Source: Mobula birostris
Taxonomy: Eukaryota
Direction: 5' to 3'
Assembly: GCF_030028105.1 (NCBI RefSeq)
Contig: NC_092379.1
Location: 21,491,309-21,555,308 of the forward strand
Length of the DNA stretch: 64,000 nucleotides
The notes under the pieces were generated by a model, which saw only the letters and a list, made by a program, of their open reading frames with translations, searched no databases and had not been told where the DNA came from. Positions 37,074 to 49,277 of this stretch are shown one piece after another (the stretch's first letter is position 1; each line of letters starts with the position of its first letter). The position numbers and the translations under genes were made by a program.

Positions 37074-40000
37074 TCCGCAATGGCAGACCACATTGAGCAG
37101 CTGGAGCTGCGACTGGATTCATACGGGAGCATCCGCGATGCTGAGAAAGTCGTGAATATCGCGTTCAGTGAGTTGGCCACACCGCAGGTAAAGGCTACAC
37201 AGGCAGAAAGGGAATGGGTGGCCACTGAACAGCACAGCAGTAGGCAGGTAGTGCAGGAGTCCCCTGAGGTCATCTCCCTCCTAAACAGATATACTGTTTT
37301 GGATACTGTTGGGGGAGATGTCTCATCAGGGGAAGGCAGCAGCAGCCGAGCTCATGGCACCATGGATGGCTCTGCGGCACAGGAGGGAAGGAAAAGGAGT
37401 GGGAGAGCTGTAGTGATAGGGGATTCGATTGTAAGGGGAATAGATAGGCGTTTCTGCGGCTGCAAATGAGGCTCCAGGAGGGTATGTTGCCTCCCTGGTG
37501 TAAAGGTCAAGGATGTCTCTGAGCGGCTGCAGGACATTCTGGAGTGGGAGGGTGCACATAGGTACCAACGATACAGGGAAAAAAATGGGATGAGGCCCGA
37601 CAAGGTGAATTTAAGGAGTTAGGAGGTGAACTAAACAGTAGAACTACAATGGTAATAATCTCTGGATTACTACCAGTGCCACGTGCTAGTCAGAGTAGAA
37701 ATAGGAGGATATTTCAGATGAATATGTGGCTTGAAATTTCAAATTTCTGGGGCAATGGGACCAGTTCTGGAGGAGGTGGGACCGTTACAAACAGGACGGT
37801 CTGCACCTGGGCTGGACTGGAACCAATGTCCGAGGGGGAGCGTTTGCTACTGTTGTGCAGGAGGATTTAAACTAATGTGGCAGGGGGATGGGAACAAGTG
37901 CAGAGAGACAGAGGGGTGTAAAATGAGGGTAGAAGCAAAAAGTAGTAAGGTGAAAAGTAAAGTGGCAGGCCGGCAAATCCAGGGCAAAAATCAAGAAGGG
38001 CCACTTTTCAAAATAATTATATAAGGGCTAAGAGTGTTGTAAAAGCAAGCCTGAAGGCTTTGTGTGTCAATGCAAGGAGCATTCGTAACAAGGTGGATGA
38101 ATTGAATGTGCAGATTTAATGAATATGATATAGTTGGGATCACAGAGACATGGCTCCAGGGTGACCAAGGATGGGAGCTCAACATTCAGGGATATTCAGT
38201 ATTCAGGAGGGATAGACATGAAAGAAAAGGAGGTGGGGTGGCATTGCTGGTTAGAGAGGAGATTGACGCAATAGAAAGGAAGGACATTAGCCAGGAGGAT
38301 GTGGAATCGATATGGGTAGAGCTGCATAACACTAAGGGGCAGAAAACGCAAGTGGGAGTTGTGTACAGGCCACCTAACAATAGTAGTGAGGTTGGGGATA
38401 GCATTAAACAGGAAATTAGAAATGCGTGCAATAAAAGAACAGCAGTTATAATGGGTGACTTCAATCTAAATATAGATTGGGTGAACCAAATTGGTGAGGG
38501 TGCTGAGGAAGAGGATTTCTTGGAATGTATGCGGGATAGTTTTCTGAACCAACATGTTGAGGAACCAACTAGAGAGCAGGCCATTCTAGACTGGGTACTG
38601 AGCAATGAGGAAGGGTTAGTTAGCAATCTTGGCGTGCGAGGCCCCTTGGGTAAGAGTGACCATGATATGGTGGAATTCTTCATTAAGATGGAGAGTGATA
38701 TTGTTAATTCAGCAGCAAAGGTTCTAAACTTAAAGAAGGGTAACTTTGAAGGTACGAGATGTGAATTAGCTAAGATAGACTGGCAAATGATACCTAAAGG
38801 GTTGACGGTGGATATGCAATGGCAAGCATTTAAAGATCGCATGGATGAACTACAACAATTGTTCATCCCAGTTTGGCAAAAGAATAAACCAGGGAAGGTA
38901 GTGCACCCGTGGCTGACAAGGGAAATTAGGGATAGTATCAATTCCAAAGAAGAAACATACAAATTAGCCAGAAAAAGTGGCATACCTGGGGACTGGGAGA
39001 AATTCAGAGTCCAGCAGAGGAGGACAAAGGGCTTAATTAGGAAAGGGATAAAAGATTGTGAGAGAAAGCTGGCAAGGAACATAAAAACTGACTGTAAAAG
39101 CTTTTATAGATATGTGAAGAGAAAAAGATTGGTTAAGGCATATGTAGGTCCCTTACAGACAGAAACAGGTGAATTGATCATGGGGAACAAGGACATGGCA
39201 GACCAATTGAACAAGTACTTTGGTTCTGTCTGCAGTAAGGAGGACATAAATAATCTTCTGGAAATAGTAGGGGACTGAGGGTCTAGTGAGATGGAGGAAC
39301 AGAGGGTAACACATGTTGGTAGGGAAGTGGTATTAGGTAAATTGAAGGGATTAAAGGCAGATAAATCCCCAGGGCCAGATGGTCTGCATCCCAGAGTGCT
39401 TAAGGAAGTAGCCCAAGAAATAGTGGATGCATTAGTGATAATTTTTCAAAACTTTTTAGATTCTGGTTTAGTTCCTGAGGATTGGAAGGTGGCTAATGTA
39501 ACCTTGCTTTTTAAAAAAGTGGGGAGAGAGAAACCGGGGAATTATAGACCCGTAAGCCTGATGTTGGTGGTGGGGAAAATGCTAGAATCAGTTATCAAAG
39601 ATGTGATAACAGCATATTTGGAAAGCGGTGAAATCATCGGACAAAGTCAGCATGGATTTGTGAAAGGAAAATCATGTCTGACAAATCTCATAGAATTTTT
39701 TGAGGATGTAACTAGTAGAGTGGAGAGGGGAGAACCAGTGGATGTGGTATATTTGGATTTTCAAAAGGCTTTTGACAAGGTCCCACACAGGAGATTAGTG
39801 TGCAAACTTAAAGCACACGGTATTGGTGGTATGGTATTGATGTGGATAGAGAATTGGTTGGCAGACAGAAAGCAATGAGTGGGAATAAATGGGACCTTTT
39901 CAGAATGGCAGGCAGTGACTAGTGGGGTACCGCAAGGCTCAGTGCTGGGACCCCAGTTGTTTCCAATATATAGAAATGACTTAGGCAAGGGAATTAAATG

Positions 40001-40650
40001 CAGCATATCCAAATTTGCGGATGACATGAAGCTGGGCGGCAGTGTTAGCTGTGAGGAGGATGCTACGAGGATGCAGGGTGACTTGGATAGGTTAGGTGAG
40101 TGGGCAAATTCATGGAAGATGCACTTTAATGTGGATAAATGTGAGGTTATCCACTTTGGTGGCAAGAACAGGAAAACAGGTTATTATCTGAATGGTGGCT
40201 GATTAGGAAGAGGGGCGGTGCAACGAGACCTGGGTGTCATTGTACACCAGTCATTGAAAGTGTGCATGCAGGTACAGCAGGCGGTGAAAAAGGCGAATGG
40301 TATGCTGGCATTTATAGCGAGAGGATTCAAGTACAGGAGCAGGGAGGTACTACTGCAGTTGTAAAAGGCCTTGGTGAGACCGCACCTGGAGTATTGTGTG
40401 CAGTTTTGGTCCCCTAATCTGAGGAAAGACATCCTTGCCTTAGAGGGAGTACAGAGAAGGTTCACCAGATTGATTCCTGGGATGGCAGGACTTTCATATG
40501 AAGAAAGAATGGATGAACTGGGCTTGTACTCGTTGGAATTTAGAGGATTGAGGGGGAATCTGATTGAAACGTATAAGATACTAAAGGGATTGGACAGGCT
40601 AGATGCAGGAAGATTGTTCCCAATGTTGGGGAAGTCCAGAACGAGGGGTG
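37074..40650 (+). mobile_element. Near-full-length CR1 LINE (ORF1 esterase + ORF2), both ends truncated
   Basis: AVVIGDSIVRG; APE ORF 38106-39278; RT ORFs 39291-40640; breaks at acgaggggt into Gypsy sequence. Confidence 0.9.
38040..40650 (+). pseudogene. CR1 ORF2 (APE-RT) with several stops/frameshifts
   Basis: GITETWL, YRPPN, GDFN, KSPGPDGLHP, YLDFQKAFDKVP, GVPQGSVLGP, KFADD. Confidence 0.75.
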
Positions 40651-40816
40651 GGAGCCCGTACCAGCTGTGCCAAGTCTACATGGGCCAGTTTGAGTCGGTC
40701 CACTGTGAAAACCTCCTCTGTTCCCCCAATGTCCAGCACGAACGTGGACCCGTTGTTCCTGATCATCTTAAACGGCCCCTCGTCGGGCCGCTGTAGCGGT
40801 GCCGGTGTCCGCCCCG

Positions 40817-41875
40817 TCATACAAAAAGAAACTTACAGTTCTGCAGATCTTTGGGTACGCAGGTCGGGCTCTGTCCGTGCTGTGAAGTGGGTATGGGGTC
40901 CAGGTTACTGAGCCTGTCACGTAGTCTGGCCATGACTGTTGCGGGTTCTTCCTCTTGCTCCCTTGGGGCTGGTGTGAACTCTCCTGGGACTACCAGGGAT
41001 GTGCCGTACACCAACTCGGCCGACGAGGTGTGTAGATCCTCCTTGGGCGCCGTGCGGATTCCGAGCAGGACCCAGGGAAGTTCGTCCACCCAGTTAGGCC
41101 CTCCCAAGCGGGCCATGAGAGCCGACTTCAGGTGACGGTGGAAACGCTCCACTAGTCTGTTCGACTGTGGGTGGTAGGCAGTTGTGTGGTGTAGCTGTGT
41201 TCCTAAAAGGCTGGCCATAGCTGACCACAGGCTGGAGGTGAACTGGGCGCCTCTGACGGAGGTAATGTGGGCTGGTACCCCGAAGCGGGCTACCCAGGTT
41301 GCGATCAGTGCTCGGGCGCAGGATTCAGAGGTGGTGTCGGGGAGCGGGACCGCCTCTGGCCATCTGGTGAACCGGTCTATCATAGTTAGGAGGTAGCGCG
41401 CTCCTCGCGACACTGGCAAGGGCCCCACGTTATCCACATGAATGTGGTCGAACCTCCGGCGGGTGGGTTCGAACTGCTGTGGCGGAGCCTTGGTGTGCCG
41501 CTGCACCTTGGCTGTTTGGCACTGCATGCACGCTTTGGCCCATTCACTGATCTGTTTACGAAGTCCATGCCACACGAACCTGTTGGCGACCAGCCGGACA
41601 GTTGTCTTGATGGAGGGGTGCGCTAAGTTGTGAATGGAGTCGAAAACTCGCCGCCGCCATGCTGCCGGGACGATGGGGTGGGGTTGGCTGGTAGCTACAT
41701 CACACAGTAGGGTCCTCTCACCTTGGTCTACGGGGAGGTCTTGGAGCTGCAAACCGGAGACCGCAGTTCTGTAACTAGGGATCTCATCGTCTGCCTGCTG
41801 TGCCTCCGCCAGCGCTGCATAGTCCACCCCCTGGGACAGGGCCTGTATGGTAGGTCTGGATAGTGCGTCCACCAC
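40817..41875 (-). pseudogene. Gypsy integrase, second catalytic Asp replaced
   Basis: H-H-C-C zinc region; HIHVDNVGPL, HITSVRGAQF (D>V), ERFHR. Confidence 0.8.
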
Positions 41876-41972
41876 GACGTTGCCCTTTCCCGAGACATGC
41901 CAGATGTCCGTCGTGTATTCGGAGATGTAGGACAGATGTCACTGCTGGTGGGACGACCAGGGGTCGGACACC

Positions 41973-42962
41973 GTGAACGCAAATGTAAGCGGTTTGTGGT
42001 CCGTGAACATGGTGAAGGGCCTACCTTCTAAGAAGTATCTGAAATGCCGGATTGCCAGATATAGTGCCAATAGCTCTCAGTCGAAAGCACTGTTTTGGAG
42101 TTTGGGTGGTCGTAGGTGTTTGCTGAAGAACGCCAGGGGTTGCCAGCGACCCTCAATGAGTTGTTCCAGCACGCCATCGACTGCTGTGTTGGATGCGTCC
42201 ACCGTGAGGGCAGTAGGAACGTCCGTTCTGGGATGCACTAGCATTGTGGCGTTTGCCAAGGCTTCTTTGGTTTTAATGAAAGCGGCCGCGGCCTCTTCAT
42301 CCCAGGTAATGTCCTTGCCCTTACCCGACATCAGGGTGAACAGGGGGTGCATGATTCGGGCTGCTGAGGGGAGGAAACGGTGTTAGAAATTCACCACATC
42401 CACAAATTCCTGCAGGCCTTTGGTTGTGTTGGGTCGTGGGAAGTGGCGGACCGCGTCTACCTTGGCGGGCAGAGAGGTTGCCCCGTCTTTAGCAATCCTG
42501 TGGCCCAGGAAGTCGATGGTGTCGAGTCCGAATTGGCATTTGGCCGGGTTGATTGTAAGGCCGAATTCGCTCAGTCGGGCGTAGAGTTGACGGAGGTGGG
42601 ACAGATGCTTCTGACGACTACTGCTGGCTGTGAGGATGTCGTCCAAATAGATGAATGCAAAGTCCAGGTCGCATCCCACTGCGTCCATTAGCCGCTGGAA
42701 CGTCTTTGCGGCATTCTTTAGGCCGAGTGGCATTTGGGGGAATTTGAAAAGGCCGAACGGGGTGATGAGTGCTGTTTTGGGGATGTCGTCCGGATGTCCC
42801 GGGATTTGATGGTAGTCCCCGGATGAGGTCTACCTTGGAAAAGATCCTTGCGCCGTGTAGGTTTGCTGCAAAGTCTTGAATGTGTGGCACAGGGTAGCGG
42901 TCTGGAGTTGTAGCCTCGTTCAGCCTGCGATAGTCGCCGCATGGTCTCCAGCCCCCGCAGCC
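41973..42962 (-). pseudogene. Gypsy RT/RNase H, fragmented
   Basis: GGWRPCGDYRRLN, MPLGLKNAAKTFQR, FIYLDDIL, LTVDASN. Confidence 0.85.
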
Positions 42963-43062
42963 TTTTTTTTTACAAAATTCTTTATTACAAATGTCGGTGC
43001 TATACAATATTTACAAACCCAGTGACTAACACATTTACTACACTACAAACAGACAATACATG

Positions 43063-46000
43063 TTAAACCAATATATTGCCATCCTCATCAATGATGGCAT
43101 TTACACCTCGCGGAGCCCAACGGTCCTGGAACATCTTGACGGTCGCCGTGGACTGTGCGTATTCCTTTTCAATATTCACCCGGGCACGAACATACCCCCT
43201 AAACATAGCCAGGCAGTCTGCCCGGGGAGAACCTCCTGCCACCCTTTTCCAGGAGCCACGGATGGCAATTTTCGCCAGCCCCAGGAGCAAGTTGACAAGG
43301 ACATCCTCATCCCTCTGTGCCCCCCTCCTTACTGGATGACCATATATGAATAGGGTGGGACTGAAATGCAACCAGAAGGCGAGAAGCAGCCCACGCAAAA
43401 ACGCGAAAAGGGGCTGCAGCCTCACACACTCCACGTACATATGGTACACGGTCTCCTCCAGCCCGCAGAAGTGACACGCGGCTGGGAGATCCGTGTACAG
43501 ACTAAAGAACTTCTTGCAGGGCACCGCTTTATGCAGCACCCTCCAGCCGAGATCCCCAAGGTGCATGGGAAGGACTCCCTTGTAAAGGGACTTCCACTGG
43601 GGACCCCCCTCACCTCCAGGTGGAAAGACCGACCGCCATGGCGTGTCGGGATGGTGGACAAATGCTAGGAAGTGGAGGGTGTGGAGCAGCAGCCCATAAA
43701 GGTACCTCCTGCCTGCATCCCTGAATGGGATTGTGGGTGTCGATGAAAGACGGCTCAAGTTGTGTGGATTCGTCTCTCGGGCAAGGCTGCGGGGCCTGGG
43801 CCCGACGAGCAGCTCAGCCCGAGTCGTTCCACACACCTGAGCCGCACTGACATCCGTTGAGACAGGACAAGGGTCGGCCAGGACCCCGCCCTCTGCCAGA
43901 GGAGGGGATTCCCGGCCTGAGGCAACCATGTTCCAGACTCTCAGTAGGTCCTGATAGAAGCCGGGCAGCCTCTGCAAAGCAGCACGGCTGACGCCCGCCG
44001 GTGGTAGCTGCATATCTTCGGCAAGACAGCAGCCCCTCCGGAGGAAGAAAGTCGCCAACACGTGCCACCTGGGAGGGTGCTCGGCGTACAGGAATCTCTG
44101 CAGAGTCCTGAGGCAGAGAGCCGCCAGTCGTATGCGTGCACACACCAGCGACTGTCCGCCCTCTCCTTCTGGGAGACTCCGAACCGCTGCAGAGACCCAG
44201 TGCTACCTGTTTCCCCAGAAAGAAGTCCACTAGCTTCCTCTGCATTCTTGCGACAAAAGGGTCGGGGGGGGGGTCAAGGTGACCATCCGGTACCACAACA
44301 TGGAGGCCACCAGCTGGTTTATGACCACCACCCTGCCTCGATAGGAAAGCACCCTGAGAAGGCCTGACCAGCGCCCTAGCCGGGCCATGACCTTTGTCTC
44401 CAGGTCCTGCCAGTTCGCCAGCCAGGTCTCCCCAGAAGGACTCAGGTAGACTCCCAGATAGAGAAGACGTCTGGTGCTCCACTCAAAAGCTCTCATCTCC
44501 TCCAGCAGGGAGTCCACCTGCCACTGGCCTACTAAGAGTCCGGAACATTTCGCCCAGTTGATCCTGGCGGAGGATGCCGCCGAGAAAACATCTTGGCACT
44601 CGCGCATCCTCCGCAGGTCACAGGGGTCTGTCATCTTGAGGAGTACGTCATCGGCGTAGGCCGAAAGGACGACCCCCATGTCCGGTTCGCGCAGAACCAG
44701 ACCTGTCAGCCTTCGCCGAAGAAGGCCGAGGAATGGCTCGACACAGATCGCATACAGTTGACCGGACATGGGGCACCCTTGACGCACTCCTCTTCGGAAG
44801 TGGATAGGTCCTGTCAATGATCCGTTAATCTTAACTGGGCACTCTGCGGCAGAGTACAGGAGCCGAACTCGGGCCACAAAGTGTGGTCCGAGCCCAAAAG
44901 CCTGCAGGGTGCCCACCAGGAAACTGTGGTTCACCCGGTCAAAAGCCTTCTCCTGGTCAAGAGAAAGAAACGCTGCCGGGGTCCCAGTCTCCTGGAGTAG
45001 GTGGATCAGGTCCCGTACTAGGTGGACATTGTCCTGGATGGAGCGGCCCGGGACTGTGTAAGATTGGTCAGGATGGACCACCTGTCCAATTACCGAACCC
45101 AGACGGTTGGCCATTGCCCGGGCGAAGATCTTGTAGTCTGCGCACAAGAGGGAGACTGGCCGCCAGTTCTTTAGCAGGCGGAGGTCTCCCTTCTTAGGCA
45201 GTAGGACCACAACAGCTCTTCGCCATGAGAGGGGCATTTCTCCGGTGGCTAGGCTCTCCCCTAGGACAAGGCTGTAATCATCCCCCAGGACATCCCAAAA
45301 AGCCTGATAAAACTCAACACTCAGTCCATCCAAACCAGGGGACTTGCCCCTCCGGAGTTGCCGAAGGGCAGTGGACAGCTCCTCCCGAGTCAGGGGGGCA
45401 TCCAGACGCACTGCGTCCTCTGGGCTGACCTTAGGCAAATCCTTCCAGACCTCATTACACGCCTCCGCATTTGACGGATCAGGCGAGAATAAGGACCGAT
45501 AGAATGAACGGACCTCGTTGTTAATTCCATCAGGGTCCGTGATGGAGGAGCCATCGGCAGCCAGCAGCTCCACTAGCTGCTTTTGAACTCCCCGCCACCT
45601 TTCCAACGAGTAGAAGAAGGGTGAGCCACGGTCCAAATCCTGCAGCATTTGGATCCGTGACCTCACGTACGCACCTCGGGACTGCTGAAGCTGCAGGTTC
45701 CTTAGTGCGTCCTTCTTCTCCTGGTATTCTTGCCACAGCTGCTGGTCTCCAGCGGTCGGACCGAGGCGGGACTCCAGGTCGAGCAACGCTCTCTCAAGCC
45801 GCTCAACCTCAGAGCTCCGCCTCTTTGTCGACCCCCTAGTGTACTCCCGACATAAAAACCGGATGTGGGCTTTGCCCACATCCCACCATAGCCGTAGGGA
45901 GCAGAAGTCTCTCCGCCTCTCCTTCCAGGAGACCCAGAAAGCTCGGAACGAATCCCGGAATCGGCTGTCCTCCAGCAGCCGGTTGTTAAAATGCCAATAC

Positions 46001-46728
46001 CCGGATCCCACCCGAGGGTGTAGTGGAATAAATTCCATCCACACAAGGTGATGATCCGAGCACGACACCGGCCGCATGGAGGACGCCGACACGCGGGAGA
46101 CGAAGGCCCGAGAGATGTAAATGCGGTCTATCCTGGAACCTCCTTCTCTAGACCTTCTCGAGAAGGCGCTAGAGTTGGGGTGAAGATTCCGCCAGCTGTC
46201 CACCAAGTCAAAGGAGCCGACTAGCTCCTTTAACTTTTTTGTCGATGCTGGGTCGCGTTGGAGGCCCGAACGGTCCTCCGCCTCGAGGGTACAATTGAAA
46301 TCTCCCCCGAGGATGACGCAATCCCCACGATCGATGGAGCTCAGCAAGGTGGACAGCTGGCAGAATAGGCGCGTCTGCATCACACCGCGCCTGGGAGCAT
46401 ACACATTGATAAAATGCAATGGTACGCCATCCAGGCGCACAACCAGGTGGAGCAGACGGCCGGGTACAACGTCCTGGACTCTTTTAATTACTGGCTGGAA
46501 GGTCGGGGCCAACAGGATCGCCACCCCGCTAGAAATGGAGCTGAGGTGGCTCATGTGGACCCCGCCCCGCCACTCCAGGAGCCAAGCAGACTCGTCCCCA
46601 GGGATGGTATGGGTTTCCTGCAGGAAACTCACCGTATACCGCCCATCCCTGAGGACTGAGAGATTGTTATGCCTGCGAAGAGGACCCTTGCTGCCGTTTA
46701 CATTGAGACTAGCTATGGTAAGCTTCAT
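43063..46728 (-). pseudogene. Tx1 ORF2 (APE-RT-Cys domain)
   Basis: MKLTIASLNVNG, FLQETH, GGDFN, KSPGLDGL, LDQEKAFD, AYADDV, CHFCGLEETVYHMYVEC; two compensating indels and an in-frame TAG within 44203-44273. Confidence 0.85.
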
Positions 46729-46816
46729 GGCGGGAGCACACTAGGTCTCAGCAGCTGTGCCCATTTCGGTGAGAGCGGAGGCGTCCTCCACCACACTGTC
46801 CGGAAAGAAAACAAGG

Positions 46817-48756
46817 TTACTTTTTGCCTTCCGGGCTCGAGCGGTACCAGCGACACCCTGGAGCGAGGCTGCTTCTCCCTCTGATGTCCCTTACTAGGTC
46901 ATCTAGGAAAGATTTTAGTTGCCGTCTGTCGTTCCCCGCCACCGCATTCCTCTTTCCCTTTCGTCCGAGGATGACTCGCAGGGACCTCACCAGCCTCGGC
47001 ATGCTGGGCCAGCGAAGCGAGGCTAGTTGAGGCCGGTGCTTGGCACCCTCAGAGGTGAGAATAAAATGCTTAATTTTCTCTACAGGTATCAATGGGGACT
47101 TCTCAGGAGGGGTGAGGATGTCCATTATTTCACTATCGAAAGAGTCCCCCTCCAACCCGTCACTGCAGACAGAATCCCCATCGGCCTCCCCGCATGTTCC
47201 AAAAGATGGCTGCGCTTGTGACCCATACCGCGCAGCGGGCACCTCGCTCTTACCTGCCCGCTCCACCGTCGCATCAGCCTCATCCACATTTGCGACAGTG
47301 GAGGGACAATCCCCAGGGACTCCCTGCAAGTCATTAATTGCTGGGGTCGACGTGCACAGAATATCGGCCTCCCCAGGGGGCAGGCATAGAGGGAAACCCG
47401 GCACCTTTGGTCCAAGGGATTCACAAGCAGCCTGGTGCTGAGAATGAGAGAGCTTTGTCTCGTCTCCTCTTACATTATTCGGTACACTGGCCTCCAGAGA
47501 GGCGCTGACTTGTAGGTCCTGGGTGGAGGCCTCCAGGGCTGCCTCATTTGTGCAAACAGGGCTATCACAAGCTTTTTGCACAACCACACCATCTACCCCA
47601 GGACTGGTGGCTACATCTGGGGACTCAGGTTTAGAACCAACCCCTACCCGGATTCCCACCCCTTCCTGGGACTCCCCCGCATCTACATCCCCTGCCCTCT
47701 TGCGGGAACGTTCCCTTCTCCTCTTCACGCCGGAGGAGCACACAGGTGCAGGCTTCACCGATGGGACGGCGCTTTCTGTTTCCATCGCCCCGTCTGCTTG
47801 CGCACCTCCCCGAGTCCCACGCTCCACTTCAGGCGAAATGGGCGTGAGCTCTGCGGCCTCAAAGGCCCGCTTCTTACTGTGTTTGGATTTCCCCTTTGCC
47901 TTCTTACTCCGCACAGACTCCACCCCGTCCCCCACCTGAACCACAGGGAGAGGAGCAGGGACCGACCCAACCGTAGGAGTAGGGGTAGGGGCAGGGTGAG
48001 GGGCTGGGGCAGGATCACGGGCGGGGCAGGGTCAGATGCAGGCGCAGACGCACGCGCAGGAGTAGGATCAGGAGCAGAGGTAGCTGGGGCACTGGTGCCC
48101 GAAAAGGGCTCCCTCGGGTTCCGGGCGGCAGGACAGTCCCTCCGAAAGTGCCCCACCTCCCTGCACGCATGGCACCGCGGGCGCTCGGAGCTCCAGTACA
48201 CCTGATAATCCACTCCCTCGTGCCGGACAGTAAACCGGACCTCAACATCGTCCTCTCTTTCCAGCTGCATGAATACCTGACGCCGGAAAGAGATTATGGT
48301 GCGGAGGGTGCGTCTCTTAAATTTGCGTCGGATGGCAGTGATCTCCGACCTTACTTGCCCTAAACGGGCCAGTGGGGGAAGCAAGTCCTCATTTGGAATG
48401 AAAGGCTTAACATGCCCAAGCACGATACGTTGCGTGGGGGCCGTCACCAGCTCCATAGGTAAAAAGATGTTGTCTTCCGTGACTCCCCTGCTTAGGGCCC
48501 GGTGCACTAGCTCTTCATTCGCCAGATAAAACACCGCCTTTCCGAACTCCTTCTCGGTGACCAGAATACCACCTTTCCCAGCAAGGTCCTCCATTGCCTC
48601 CGTACACTTTTCTAGTGTCATTCCAGGGCGCAAAATACATTGCACCCCACGTTCCACCTTCACCGACCGAAACAGGGCGTTGTCCGAGGCCGGGGAGGCA
48701 GCCGCCCTTGCGTAACACCCCGAAGGCCCGCGACTCTCTGGAGACCGGTCCGGCAT
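46817..48756 (-). pseudogene. Tx1 ORF1 with CCHC zinc knuckle; one frameshift near 48020
   Basis: ATG 48756; CHACREVGHFRRDC; Pro/Ala linker; continues in the frame of ORF 46817-47944. Confidence 0.8.
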
Positions 48757-49277
48757 GCTGGCGCTCTTTCCAGTCCGAGAATCCTAAAGCGGTGCCGGTT
48801 AGAAGTCCTGGAACGAGTCGAATAACTGGCCGGGAAAGTTTGCAGTCGACAGTTCCTCGCTGGCTCGGCGCCAGGAAAGGCTCCGTCGGACTTGCAGAGA
48901 CCCAGGCCGGGAGAGGCCGAAACGTCCTTCCAGATGCTCCGGCACCAACACCGGACGAAAATCAGGAAAACAATGGAGGAGGAACGTTGCCCCGATGTCA
49001 ATGGGGGGGAACGACGGCGTTTGCCTCCGGTTTTGGAGCGAACCGGCTTCCTGGCGAGTTGCCAGCGGCCGCAGCTGGGAGCTACGCAGTTAGCAGCCGC
49101 CAACAAACCCAGCCCAAACCGGCAGTAAAACTCCACACCGAGTTGCCACACCAGCGCCGTCACTCACTCAGTTGTCCAAGAGACTTTTAGAGCCACCTCC
49201 AAAGTATTCCACGAACTTTATCCAGTAGTTTTGCCTCGATTTCTCCCAGCTCAGTCAGCACAGCTCCCCAAGAAGAT

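Larger units (their letters stand above)
42963..49277 (-). mobile_element. Full-length Tx1-clade LINE (~6.3 kb)
   Basis: ~520-bp 5'UTR, ORF1, ORF2, short 3'UTR, AATAAA at 42981-42986, A9 tail at 42963-42971. Confidence 0.9.

Noticed and set aside
38186-39082. 298-aa minus-strand ORF and similar long antisense ORFs (30860-31531, 47523-48205)
   Set aside because: Shadow frames of CR1 or Tx1 coding sequence
48756-49277. HDV-like ribozyme in the Tx1 5'UTR
   Set aside because: I could not identify the nested pseudoknot by eye; an RNAMotif/Infernal search would be needed
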